This document shows positions 13,620 through 26,828 of a stretch of 64,000 nucleotides of DNA, one piece after another. A program made the translations under genes and the position numbers. Numbering within the stretch: the first letter of the stretch is position 1; every line of letters starts with the position of its first letter. Where the stretch lies: the NCBI RefSeq assembly GCF_009914755.1, contig NC_060926.1; one strand, 5' to 3'. The notes beneath the pieces are model-generated. The model was not told the DNA's origin and made no database searches. It worked only from the letters and a program-made list of their open reading frames with translations. The stretch is from the human T2T-CHM13v2.0 reference genome, Homo sapiens.

Positions 13620-14217
13620 ATGTATAGGTTTAAACAATTCTAACCAAAACATGAATATAATTTCTTTGGAACTTGAAAAATGATTCTGAAACTCCTCTGT
13701 TGCAACAAATAGCTAAAAATAGTTTTAACCTTTTTTGTTAGGGAAAACAAATGGAGGGATGGGGAATTCTCTAACTATACATTAGGTATTTTATAAAGCT
13801 TTCATTCTTAAAATGTGTGGTGCTAACACAAAAACAGATGGAACAGTGGAACAGTTGCAGAAGGTAGATAGATGGAATAATGGAACATTCCAGTGGAGAC
13901 TCCAGAAACAGACTCAGGTCTGTATAAGAATTTAATATGTAATAAATGGGACATCTCAGTTTCAGGGGGAGGGTAGCACTAGATAATAATTACTGCTGGG
14001 GGCCACTAGTTAAGTTTTGGGGAAAAACTCATTTGAACCCTCAATTCAAATCATCTACCACAATAAAAGGCAGATAAAGTAAGTGTAAGAAAAATAATCC
14101 ATAACAAAACTCAATGGAAACACAAAATGGTATTTCACACATCTTTAGATAAGACAGGATTTTCTAAGATTAAAATCAGTAAAAAGGATTAAAAGAAAAT
14201 GAGCAAAATGTGACCAT
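13620..14217 (+). mobile_element. Old L1M ORF2 fragment (left part, interrupted by Tigger1)
   Basis: ttataaagct...tgtgtggtgctaacacaaaaacaga...ccagaaacagactca...gaatttaatatgtaataaa resembles decayed L1 ORF2. Confidence 0.65.
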
Positions 14218-16616
14218 TTGAAATGCCTCAATGATATTGAGGGTTTATTTCCAGACCACTGCAATAAAGCAAGTATTGCAATAAAGCAAGTATTGCAATA
14301 AAGCAAGTCACACAACATTTTTTGGTTTTGGTGCATATAAAAGTTATGCTTACACTACACTTAGACTATTAAGTATGCAATAGCATAATCTCTAAAAAAA
14401 ATATACACATCTTAATTTAAAAATACTTTATTGCTAAAATGGCTGACAATCATCTGGGTCTTTGGTGAGTCATAATCTTTTTGCTGACGGAGGGTCTTGC
14501 CTCAATATTGATGGTTGGGGTGTCTGTGGCAATTGCTTAAAATAAGACAATAATGAAGTTTGTTGCATCCATTGACTCTTCCTTTCATGAAAGATTTCTC
14601 TGTAGCATATGATGCTGTTTGATAGCATTTGCCCACAGTAAATCTTTCAAAATTGAAGTCAATCGTCTCAAACCCTGCCACTGCTTTATCAACTAAGTTT
14701 ATGTAATATTTTAAACCCTTTGCTGCCATTTCAACAATGTTCACAGCATCTTTACCAGGAGTAGATTCCATCTCAAAACACCACTTTCTTTGCTCATCCA
14801 CAAGTAGCAACATCTCATCCGTTCAAGTTTGATCATGAGGTTGCAGCAATTCAGTCACATCTTTGGGCTCCACTTCTAATTCTAGTTCTCTTGCTATTTC
14901 CATCACATCTCCAATTGCTTCCTCCAACGAAGACTCTACTGAAGTCTTGAACCCCTCAAAGTAATCCATGAGGACTGGAATCAACTTCTTCCAAACCCCT
15001 GTTCATGTTGTTATTTTGACCTCCTCCCATGGATTAAAAATGTTCTAAATGGCATCTAGAGTAGTGAATCCTTTCCAGAAGGTTTTCAACTTACTTTGCC
15101 CAGATCCATCAGACGAATCACTATCTATGGCAGCTACAGCCTTACAAGACATGTTTCTTAAATAATAAGGCTTGAAAGTCAAAATTAGTCCACTATCCAT
15201 GGATTGCAGAAAGGATGCTGTGTTAGTAGGCATAAAAAAATTAATTTTCTTGTACATCTCCATCAGAGCTCTCCAGTGATGAGGAGCATGGTCAATGGGC
15301 AGTAACATTCTAAAAGGAATCATTTTTTCTGAGCAGTAGGTATTAAAAATGAGCTTAAAATATTCCATTTATTGAATATTCAGTTTACATGGTTTACCAT
15401 GTTGTAAACACTTGTGTTGTCATTCAGCCCTTGTTGTTACATTTATAGAATTCAGGCAGAGTAGATTTAGCATAATTTTAAAAGCCCTGGGATTGTCAGA
15501 ATGGTAAATAAGACTGATTTGAACTTAATCACCACCTGTATTCACCCCTAACAAGAGAGTCAGCCTGTCCCTTGAAGTTTTTGAAGCCAGTCATTGACTT
15601 CTCTTTTGTAGCTATGAAAGTCCTAAGTGTCATCTTCTTCTAATATAAGGTTGTTTTGCCTAGTTTGATGGTTTAGTGTAGCCACCTTCATCAATTATCT
15701 TAGGTAGATCTTCTGGATAACTTTCTACAGTTTCTCCATCAGCACTTGCTGCTTCACCTCGCACTTTCATGTTATAAAGATGGCTTTTTTCCTTCAACCT
15801 CGTGAACCAACCTCTGCTAGCTTCCAATTTTTCTCCTGCAGATTCTCCACCTCTTTTGGCCTTCATAGAATTGAAGAGAGTTGAACTTTGCACTAGATTA
15901 AGCTTTGACTTAAGGAAATATTGTGGCTGATTTGATCTTCTATCCAAAACACTCAAACTTTCTCTATACCAGCAATAAGGCTGTTTTGCTTTAAAAAAAA
16001 TCATTTGTGTGTTCACTGGGGTAGCACTTTTAATTTTCAATAATTTTCCTTTCCATCACACTTGATTAACTGGCACAAGAGGCCTAGCTTTTGATCTGTC
16101 TCAGCTTTTGACATGCCTACTCACCAAACTTAATCATGTCTAGTTTTTTACTGAAAGTGAGAGACATACTACTCTTCCCTTCACGTGAACACTTAGAGGC
16201 GACTGTAGGGTTATTAACTGGCCTAATTTCAATATTTTTGTATCTCAGGGAACAGGGAAGCCCAAGGAGATGGAGAGAGTTAGGAAAATGGCAGGTTGGT
16301 AGAGCAATCAGAGCACACAATTATTGAATAACTTCGCCACCTTATAGGGGCATGGTTTGTGGCATCCCAATGCAATTAGAAGAGTAACATCAATGATCAC
16401 CAATCACATATCACCATAACAGATATATTAACGATGTTTGAGATATTGCGAGAATTACCAAAATGTGACACAGAGACATGAAGGAAACACATGCTGTTGG
16501 AAACATGGTGCTGACAGACTCTTTCCAAGCAGAGTCACCACAAAACTTCAATTTGTGAAAGTTGTGATATCTGTGAAGTGAAATAAAGCAAAGCACGAAA
16601 AATGGAAGTATGTCTG
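14218..16616 (-). mobile_element. Tigger1 (TcMar-Tigger) DNA transposon, near full length, decayed transposase
   Basis: Right end reads CAGACATACTTC on minus strand (TIR consensus CAGGCATACCTC). Transposase fragments [66 protein letters not shown] and [19 protein letters not shown] lie in split frames. Length about 2.4 kb. Confidence 0.93.
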
Positions 16617-16619
16617 TGT

Positions 16620-17470
16620 TACAACTGCATACAAATATTGCAAAAGACTTTCAAATTGGGAAAAATTTACAACAAACGTAGTAGATGGAGGGTTAGTCCT
16701 GATATCATCCAAATAATTTAGAAAAACACTAAGACAGGCAGGTGAAAAGGCTATGAACATCAACAGAAAATTCAGACACACACACACACACACACACGCA
16801 AAGAGCTAACAAATATGAAAAGTTGTTCAGCCTCGCTGGTAAGCAAAGAATTGTAATTTAAGGTGGCAGTTTTTCTTTGCCCATCTAATTAAAAAATATT
16901 TTTAAATAATATGCAGTTCTGGCAAGTGTTGCGTGAGATAAGCATTCTTATACACTTCTAGTGGGAGTATAAATTGTTCTGGAAGAGCATTTTAAAAAAC
17001 TCTCTAAAGGCAAATATAGATCGCCTTTACAATATACCTATTTTTTGACCCAGTAATTTAACTCATCGAAATCCATCCCAAGAAAATTACCTGTTATACA
17101 CATAAAAGCTTTTTTGCATAAGAATATTCACTGCTGCAATCTTTATAGGATAAACAAAACAGAACAAAACTAGGAAGCAAAGTAGCTACTTGAAATAAAA
17201 AGTGATAAAGTAAATATGGCATGTCCAAAAGATAAGTTATTATGTAACTTCCAACAAAGATGACTAAGACTTTATGTAATATTAAATGAAAATATCATCT
17301 TAAAAATTTTATATGAATCAACTCTAGTCTTTAAACTCACAAAGACTAATTTAAAAATACTAAATTGTTAACAGTAGTTATCTTTGGTGGGTAGTATTAT
17401 GAACAATTAATTTCTTCTTTTTCAATTATTTGAAAAATAATTACTATGCATTATTTTTATAATTAGCATG
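16620..17470 (+). mobile_element. Old L1M(E) ORF2/3' end (right part), with (CA)n at 16776-16797
   Basis: aaatatgaaaagttgttcagcctcgctggtaagcaaagaa...ttttgacccagtaattt...gaatattcactgctgca...ttaacagtagttatctttggtggg. Confidence 0.7.
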
Positions 17471-18469
17471 ACATTTTTATAAAAAGGACATAACTGCATA
17501 TTCCAATTATTACTTTGCAACAGGAGAAAGATAGGATGAGGTTGACAACTGCCTTCGAACTGCTTTTCCTTCTGCCCTTCTTCTCCTTCCTAATCTCTCT
17601 CTATGAGGTCCACACACACAGCCTTGAAGGAGAAATAAAAGAATCATTTGTAGGCCTGAGTTTTCTCTTTTATCCTTATGGTCAAATGAGAAGACTTCTA
17701 AACAGAAGATCTAGGTATTATGGCAGAAAAATAGATAAATAGATAAATACTTCACAAAGGGTCTCTCTGCTAGGGAAGAGCTCCTGGAACCATCGGTAGA
17801 TCTGTAATAAAGCATCCAGTCTCTGTGGCTGTCTTCTTAATAAGCCAGAAGCACATTTACTGTAGCCTGGTGAGTGACGATCAGCAAAACTTACGAAAAA
17901 TACAGCACGGATTTCCTCCAAACGTTAGCAGCCAATTTCACTCTGGGAGGTAAAATTACTGGAACTGATAAGCCAATATTAAAAGACCAAAAAAGCTCCT
18001 TAAATATTACAAAGACCAATTTGAGCCATCAGACCTGCATCTGAACAAATGGGAAGATGGCAATCTGAAAATTGTAATAAGAATGAATTGATTTTGTACC
18101 TGTTCTCTAGTTTCATTATGATCACTGACAACAGAATGGATTCATTTTATGTCATTTTCTCCTAAGCCTCATAGAATATTTTCTTTCAGGTCCTGAGATA
18201 TGAACAGAAAGCACAGATGGCCCTGTCTGCTTCAACCCAGCAGAGACTACGAATAACTTTGGAGTTGTTTAAACTCGTTTCTTTTCTCTAAGCAACCTAG
18301 CTATTCAGCAGCTGTTCATTTCAAAGCTCAGAAAGATGCAAATGGAGCTGCAACTACCTTAAAAGAAGCTCCGGTGTGGGGTGGGGCACGGGGTATGACA
18401 ATGGGGAGAGGAGGTGAGCTACCTTTCATGAGTTTTTTTAAATGTAGAAGAATAAGCACAAATAAAATT

Positions 18470-18594
18470 CTATTAGTGTAATTTTAGGAGACACAAGGTC
18501 ATGATGCTCACAACTTACTATCAAATGGCTCAATGACAACAATAACAAAAATTACATACATATATACATACATACATACACATATATGCACGCA

Positions 18595-18631
<37 letters not shown>

Positions 18632-18780
18632 ACACATATATATATGGAGAAACAATATGGCAAAATGTAAATAATTAGATTATAAAATCTAACAGAAAGA
18701 TGTATAGAAACAAACAATACTATCCTAGCAACCTTTCTTTAGATTGCCATCATTTTAAAAAAATTAAAAACAAATGAAGT
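18470..18780 (+). mobile_element. Old L1M 3' fragment containing a compound (TA/CA)n microsatellite (18553-18645)
   Basis: caacttactatcaaatggctca...aatatggcaaaatgtaaataatt...atactatcctagcaacctttct. Confidence 0.55.
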
Positions 18781-18799
18781 TTAGCAGCTCTCTGCTCAT

Positions 18800-19380
18800 A
18801 ACTTCCTTTAACTGTCCCATCCTGTATATTCTAACCAGTCCAGATAACTCTGTTTCTTGAGCTCACTCTGCTCTCCCACTTCCTTGCCATTTGCTCATGC
18901 TATTTCCTCCACCAAAAATGCTCACCTCCTGCTCCTATTCATAAGTCTTTCAAAGATTTTTTTCAAATGCTTCTCCTTGAAGCATCCTCTAATCTTTGCC
19001 CCTGCACCCCAGTTATATTTGATTTCTTGCCTGTGAATCTCTCTTAAGATCCAGTTTATCAGACACTCTCCTTCTCCCATCAAAGGACAGCAAGGAGTAA
19101 TATCCCCACTATCATTGCTTGTTCATGTGTCTCTCTCCCTTTTGGAACTCTAGGATCCCTGAAGGCAGGGACCATGTCTGTCTCATTCACCAGTATAGCC
19201 CAAGTGCCAGGGACATTGCTTAGTGTAGAAGGACTCACTAAATATTTGCTGATTGAAGGAACTGATATTCTGACTAGTTACTGGAGTAGTGTTAGATTTT
19301 TAAATCTCCTTAAATCAGGGACTCTTTCCTACTCATCTCCATATCCATGCACAAAGTAGGTGCTAAACAAATATTTGTTG
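18800..19380 (+). mobile_element. L2 3' region
   Basis: ccatttgctcatgctatttcctcc...gaaggcagggaccatgtctgtctcattcacc...taaatatttgctgattgaa. Confidence 0.7.
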
Positions 19381-20504
19381 ATTTTTTTTTCAAAAAGCAG
19401 ATAAATAGGATTTTTTTTTTTACTTTCACCAAAGCACTATACCTGTTTATTCATTTACTCATTGACCCAAGAATTTGGGTCAAGAAAGCTTTAGCTGTGG
19501 CCATCCAAAGGGTACCAGAAAAGATGAAAAGGAGTAAGTAGAGCCACCTGCGGAAGGCCACGGGGTGGTAAGCTCCATATCTTCCTGGTTAGTAAGGAAG
19601 TCTTAAAGCTGCCTGCAGGCTTGTGACCAGGTATCTTAAGGGTGAGCACTATTTGGTGTTGCCATCAACTAGGATCCCAGAGGGCAAAGCCTAGCAGCCA
19701 GATTCCTCACACCTGCCAGTGTCCTTCATTACATCAGCTAATAAAGAAACAAGCACAGAAGGCTAAATCCAAAAGGAAATAACCATCACCATGTTGGGAC
19801 TTATGTGGCCAAAGCCTCTCTTTGTGTGTGTGAGAGAGGGAGTCTTTTGGATGCTTTATTATTAAATTGGTATCATCACCAGCTCCTTTCCATTTTGGGA
19901 AAGCCAAGTACACTCAGCCCTAGGTTCACTCACAGGGACAAAATTAGCCACAGAAATCCCATCAAAGGGAAATCTAAGGAATTAGAATTCTATTGCATTT
20001 GGAAACTGGTGATTTCAAATATTGCTGGAATGTGAGTTGTTGTTTAAAATTTAGAAACCATACATGATTTGAAGAGATTTTGTGCTGGACAGAAAATATG
20101 TAGAATTTGGTCTTTTCATCACAAAGTACAAAAACCCCCGCTCCTCGCATCCAGGTCTTTTCAGCAAATGTACCTTAAAAGGCAATTAAAGAATGGTGAA
20201 GCTCTCGAGAGGTATGACAGTCTTTGGCCACATTCTATATTTGCCACCATATCTAGAACCCTCTATGCTTCCATGGACATCCAAAGGTAGGATGATAATA
20301 ACCCAAAGAACTTTTTTCTTCCTTTAAGCCGCACTTAGGTAAGGACGGCTTTATCCCCACCCCAGGGAGAATAATACCCAGAAACCTCAATCCTAGAGAG
20401 AAGGACTCTGACCCTTCTGGAGAATTTTCCTGGGGGAAAAAAAAGAGAGGGAGAAAGAGGGAAAGAATGGAGAGGTCATCGGTGTGATGGCGAGGACACT
20501 GCAT

Positions 20505-20690
20505 TTAGTCAGGGGCCTTGGCTCTATTCCTCCTGTGCTTACCACCAGTGAGAACTTGGATATGCCATTGAGCTTTTCTGAGTTTCCATTCTCTCGTCTA
20601 TAAAATAGAAATTTTAGAAAATTTGCTCCACCTACCTCACACAGCTATTGTGAGAAATCAATGAGATGAGGGGATTTGAAATTGTCTGAA
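20505..20690 (+). mobile_element. MIR
   Basis: ttttctgagtttccattctctcgtctataaaatag...cacctacctcacacagctattgtgagaaatcaatgagat. Confidence 0.65.
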
Positions 20691-20982
20691 ATTGGAAGCC
20701 ACAGCTGCACCAGCTAGATATTGTTCATATGGGCTTTTTCACCAGCCAGGTTACTATAAAAACCAACAAACTTTCCATAGTTGCTTCTCTATCATTTGTT
20801 TCCACTTCTCTTTTGAGTGTTGAAAAGAAACATTTTCAGAAACTTCTAAATTCTGAATTAGCCATTGAAATCCAGCAAGGGCACCAACTTGGATGCTGAA
20901 GTGGTTCAGAATGGGGTCACAGAAGAGTTGGGTTGGAAAGAATGACCATGTATCACTTTAAAAACACTAATAAAGTAATAGC

Positions 20983-21305
20983 AGCTGGGTGCAGTGGCTC
21001 ACACCTATAATCTCAGTGCTTTAGGAGGCCAAGGCAGGAGAATAGCTTGAGGCCCAGAGTTTGAGACCAGCCTGGGAAACACAGTGGGATCCTGTCTCAA
21101 AACAAAACAAACAAACAAACAAACAAACAAACAAAAAACAGGCACAGTGGCACACACCTATAGTCCTAGCTACTCAAGAGATTAAAGTGAAAGCATCACT
21201 TGAGCCAGGAGTTCAAGGCTCAGTGAGCTATGATTGCACCACTGCACTCCATCCTGGGTCACAGAGCAAGCCCTGACTCAGAAATAAAGTAAAATAAATA
21301 AAAAT
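20983..21305 (+). mobile_element. AluJ SINE with (CAAA)n-expanded linker
   Basis: Diverged dimer with AluJ-type atcacttgagcc...ggagttcaaggct..cagtgagctatgattg. Confidence 0.9.
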
Positions 21306-21504
21306 GTAAAACAATATTTTAAGAGAGAGAAGAGTTGACAAACAAAAATAACAGAAAAATACATTAAAAATCATCATAAAGACCTCAAAATGAGAAAAAG
21401 GCATACTGTAATATTGTATTGTCATCAATAAACCACATTTGGCTGATCAAGAAATGCAAAACTAGACCAAAAAGTACAATGACAACAACTGTGGCCGAGC
21501 CAGC

Positions 21505-21800
21505 ATCCTTGCATTCATCTATTCATTCAGCACACCTGTGTTCAGAACTTTCTCTGTACCTGGCACTGTGCCGCATTAGGGTGCAGAATAGGACAAAGCT
21601 CCGGACTCCAAGTAGGGGAGGTGAACATGCAAAGTAACAACCATAATTCAGTGTGGTGCGTGCCGTGCTCTAAGAATGATGACAGTCCGGAATGAGGACA
21701 CTCATTGGAGATGAAAGTGAGGGGTGGAGAGGAATGTGAAAGCCAGGGAGGACCCCTCAGAGGAGGCAATGCCTGAGAGGAGGCTGAAGAGTGACAGGTG
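21505..21800 (-). mobile_element. L2 fragment
   Basis: cattcatctattcattcagcacacctgtg...ctctgtacctggcactgtgc. Confidence 0.55.
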
Positions 21801-23867
21801 GGGCACAGCCCTCATGGCTGAGAGATAGCAGGATTAACTTCTCAGAGGACTTCAGGAAAGTCCAGCCACCAGCATGCTGGGCAAAGGCAAGGAACCAGAC
21901 TTAGTCCTTAGCATCTGAGCACAGAAACAAATCCTTGCATGTTTCTTCATCATTCCCAGCCGTTTCCTGAAGCTCAGGCAAGGAATGTGAACCATTACTT
22001 GGTTTTATTGCGTTCACAGGCAATGTAAGATGATCACATAAAACAGTTGGAAGAAGGTGTTGGGACTATGCAGAGGATAATTCCTTATGGACCAGGAATC
22101 TTGGTAGAAGTGGCTGGTCAACAGGGACAGAGAACTCCTTACAACCCCCTGCAGCTACCAACCCCAGCCCTAAAATCATTAGGATTAGGGTACCCAGGAA
22201 TTTCCACTGAAGTGTGGCAACAGGGAGGTTGCTGAGAAGGACCAGAGCCCTGGAGGCACTCAGGTTTCCTACACCTCAGACTTAACAACAAGCTCTTCTC
22301 TTTGAGATGCAAGGAGAGCCCTCTGGGCTCAAATCTACCCCACACCCATCCAACCACCAAGGTAAAACAGGCAGAGAGGAAGAACCACAATATTCCCAAC
22401 GCATGGGGCTTCTGAGTCCTAAATAAGGCAATTTGGGGAGCTGAGTAATTTACAGTATAGTCATTTGTCATCTGTGATGTGTGGTGACAGATCAGAGCCA
22501 CGCCGCTAAGCGTGCCCATGCTCCTCTCTCCCTCCTGTGGGCTCCCGTGGGCGCTGGCCTCCCCTCTCTCACCCAAATCGGGGTAGGTGGGTCCTACTCA
22601 CTGTGAGGGGCAGAGCAACCTCAGGGAGGAACAGGTCCTGAAGCAGCTCCCCCAACCTCCCAAGAACCTACAGATGGCAAGAGAGACACAACCTTCAACC
22701 TATGGAAGACCATGAGGCCCAGGAATATGCTCCCCTACCTAGCTGATGGAGGAAAAAGAAAAGCTATGCATAATAACTAGCAGATACTGTGAGAAATGTC
22801 TTCCACCAAGAGTAGGCGAAGAAAACAAGAAACATGGAAAACAATAACCCATTTGCTTTCCCAATTTCCAGTTCCTCTTCATTGCACCTAATTTGAAAAA
22901 CACATAGAATTTTTAAGCTCAATGACTAGTCATCTATCACTCAGTCCCAGAGACAGTTTTATTAAAAAAACAAACAAACAACAACGAGAAAAAAACAGAT
23001 GAGCATTCTAGCTCCTACCTATACTGAGCAACACCTCAGTTTTCTCATTTGCTTTTAACGATTCTAAGTTCGGCTCCTAGACATATAGGTTTTGCCTGCA
23101 TCGTGCATTCTGTATGCTATTGCTGCACGACTTTCAGCCTTCAAGGATCAGGGATGCCACACAACCACTTTAGTAGAAATTGGCCTCTATTCCTTGGTTT
23201 TGCCTTCTGTTTTTCACTTAACTTTTTTTCATTTTCTGTTTTCCTTCCTGCCTCCCTGCCTGACTTCTTTCTTTTTCCAGGAGGACAGAAATACAGCTCT
23301 CCATTTGCTAGTGCAAACCATAAAAGTTAAAAGGGCTCCTAGAAATTATCCAGTAACACATCATTTCAATATTGAGGAAATGGAGGCTGAGAAATCACAG
23401 CCTAAAACCACAGTTATTTATTAAGAATCAGCTTTAGGATCCTGAAGGTCACTTGACTCTTATGTCAGTATTCTTTCTACTACAGAGCTGCAGTACCTCT
23501 GCAGGGCAAATCAGTTTGGGAAATGATAGAGTAAACAACTTCTTAACCCCTAGGTCTGGGGGACATAAATAATAATGATGATAATAATGATAAACTCCAA
23601 ATCAAAATCTACCTCTTGTTCTGTAAGGAAAACTGTACAATCAAAGAAAATAATTCTGTTTAAATGTTGACTTGGTTTAAATGTCAAAACAAAATCTCCC
23701 AAAACTAATCAAGATTAAATATATTTGGCTCAGTCACATAAGAAACCCATGCATGTCTCCCAAAATAGTTACCTACTTAAGCTCAGTGAAGTATGGAGAC
23801 TGAATGAGAAAAGAAGAAAGCTTAGAGGTTGATTGCACTGGGCAACTTCCATGGTCTTGCTTATCAA

Positions 23868-24137
23868 GAGAAAGAGGAGAGTAGAGCAGAGAAGAGGAGG
23901 GGAGGGAAGGGGATGGGAGGGGAGAGGAGGGGAGGGCAGGGGAGGGGAGGGGAGGGGAGGGCAGGGGAGGGGAGGGGAGGGGAGGGGAGGGCAGGGGAGG
24001 GGAGGGGAGGGGAGGGGAGGGGAGGGGAGATGAAGGGAGAGGAGAGGAGGGGAAGAGAGGGGAGAGGAGAGGAGGGGAGGGGAGGGGAGGGGAGGGGAGA
24101 GGAGGGGAGAGGAGGGGAGGGGAGGGGAGGGGAGAAA
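23868..24137. repeat. (GGGGA/GGAGA)n polypurine pentamer repeat
   Basis: About 270 nt of ggagg ggagg ggcag ggaga units. Confidence 0.95.
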
Positions 24138-26268
24138 ACCCTCCAGAGCCAAATCCCAAATCTATATTCAGGGTATGATTATCAAGTTGGTAGATTATTC
24201 AGGATTTTTTCTCTACCCATCCCCTTCTGCCAATATGATTTTTAGATCACTGTTCTATACCCTTGTACCTACACTGGAAAGGGGAAAAGAAACAAAAGAG
24301 ACTGGAACTCTTTTTTTTTTTTTTTCCTTTTTTGGTTATCAGTTGTGGTTTATAATAATGAGGAGAAGGAGGAAAGGGTTGAAAAACCAAACAGAAGGCC
24401 CAAGACATATTTTAGACAGTGACAGCCATCCCCTCAACACTGACCCCCAAACCATGCATTTTGGCTTAGGTACAGTTCTCTGTTTCTTGGAAAAATGCAA
24501 ATAACCTAAATGGGATTTTAAAAAAATAACAGAACTTTTAAAAAGTAGTTACAATGTATTCAAAGGAATTCTTTCTTAATTATCTAAAATGGCTTGAACT
24601 GTTATGCAAGTAAGGAATTGCTTTTATTAAATGCCAAATCTTTTTTTAAAGCAACCTCAGGGAGTTACTCATTCTCAATGAGCTGTGTCTATGCCAGCAA
24701 AACAAAAAGTGGCAATTTGGGCAATAGTCCACGTAATTCAGACCAAAGAAATCTGTCATTGCTGCAACTCCATCAACATGAGCTTCTGAACAACCTAGCC
24801 CATTAGGCAGCAGATGTGGGCAGAGAATGGGCCAGAAGAGATGAAGCTCCCACAAAGTATTATTGTAAAGCTGAATAGAGTCAGACTCTTATTTGCTTGA
24901 ATTCCACTGATTCCTTAATAATAACTAAAAGGCCAGCAACTGGTGATTAACTTTGTAAAACAATAATTGGTTGTTTACGCAAGTCCACTGTCACGCTTGG
25001 GGTATTCTTCACAGTCAAGGTGTGGAAACTGAATAGAGGGGTTTAGCCATATCCGCCTCTGTTTAGAGAGAAAAATAACATTGGGCTGTCAGGGTGCTGG
25101 TCTTTACCTTCTTCACCATTATTTCCGATTGCTCTATGTTTCATCCAATCCATCACATGGCAATTGTCTTTTTATCCTACTAAGGAGAAATAAATTGACT
25201 GCACCAGGGTTGATTCATTCATGTAGAATAAACATTGTCTTGGCTTGTCTACATAGTGAAATGTAGATTTAAGAAGTAATGCAGATAAATAATGGGATGC
25301 CAAGCTTAGAGGTTGGAGGTGGGGGAAGGAAGCCCAAACCCTTTGGTGCGTCATGCCTCATAAAAGACGCTGTTCTCCATTTCCTTACATGTGTATATGG
25401 GCTCTGCCTCAATGTCCCTTACAGGAGGCATTTTTAGGGAACAAACAACTTAGGCTGAGAATAAATTAACCTCCCCCAAGCAACAGTGGTAAATAGATAA
25501 GTAAGATGGGAGACATAATATACATATGTTCAGTATTAGAAGCTGAATGAGAAAGACCAAGTCAATTGTTTTTCAAGACAATTAGGCAATACTCAGGGGC
25601 AGACCAGGAAAACTAAATCTCTTTTTCTTTTTTCTCATTACAGCATTGCAAAATGTGAAAGCCTGCCTATCTGTGAAGCCCGCAGTTAGAACATTTTCAG
25701 AACAGTAATCTCATCTTCTAAGAACTAGCTACTGAATGTAAAGATATGTTTCCAAGTGAAAGTTAAAAGTGGCTGCCTGTTGCCACTGGCCCCACAGACA
25801 GGTGGGGTACAAGGCAGGGCAGCCCATGCTCTGTCTCCCTTGATGCCATCTCATTCCACTCCCAACTAATGAGACTTTAAATATCTAGAATGGGCCTGGA
25901 TACAAGGTATGGATTTGTCCCTGAAGCCTAACACGGACTAATGCCCAGCATTGTTTGGGTCACAACGGACTTTCAAACCCTCACCTCATATGCAGCTTAA
26001 GACTGTAACCATTTAAAAGTAAGGCAGGCCAGGAAGACTGTGTGCCTTCAGCAGATATGGCAACACAGGTTCAGAGAGGTTATCGAGCCATCATAGCTCA
26101 CTTACCTGGCGGCCGTGGAGGCCTGTGACTCCCACTCTACCTCCATTGCCTTCCATTGTCTGCGTTGGGTTTCAGGTGATACCAGGGCTGGCGTCGCAGC
26201 CCATTAGTCCTAATTCTGACTTTTTCCAAGTTGGAAAGTATGCCCACCCTCTCTGTTTCTTAGACCCA

Positions 26269-26658
26269 TGTTGGGGGCTAAAGAAACTCCATCTTGGATG
26301 CTAATCTGCCATGTTGACTTTTGAGTAACCCTAGTTCTCGGAAGGCCTGTAAGATTTCCAGTTTATCTATTGTTCCTGCATAACAGCACTGTATTTACTA
26401 TAAATCCTGCCCCTAGATGTCAAAACAACCTTGATGTTATGGTGCGTTGATTGTCCTACACATCACTTCTGAATCACATATCCCCCTTTCCCGGGCCTGA
26501 GGAGTAATGGTGCAGAGATCTACTATCTTGTCTGGTTTCTGTTTGGAAGCCTCTATTAAATGTTTCTGAGAAACTGGATCTGTCAGCCTCTTTTTCAGCC
26601 TCTCAGCTTCCTTGAACTTTGGGGGCTAAGTTTGCACAGACCTGCCCACTGTGAAACA
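26269..26658 (+). mobile_element. ERV1-class solo LTR (MER93-like), inserted in a MIR
   Basis: TG...CA ends; aactccatcttggatgctaatctgccatgttgac start; ATTAAA poly(A) signal; end gacctgcccactgtgaaaca; flanks accca/actca. Family name from memory. Confidence 0.7.
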
Positions 26659-26828
26659 ACTCATCACCTATTAAATGAAATGAGAACAGTCATAGTGCCC
26701 ACCTCGCCAACCCCACAGAATGACTGTGAGGGCAGCTAACATAACAGACAAGGAGTCCTTACACATTAAGGGCTACAGGATAGAAGCACTATACAAATAG
26801 GCTCGAGCTCCTGGGAGCACTATTTTAA

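Noticed and set aside
23769-24245. Pro-rich and Gly/Arg-rich ORFs
   Set aside because: These are translations of the (GGGGA)n repeat.
26100-26110. U1 snRNA pseudogene (ACTTACCTGGC)
   Set aside because: The match stops after 11 nt; it is better read as an antisense splice donor.
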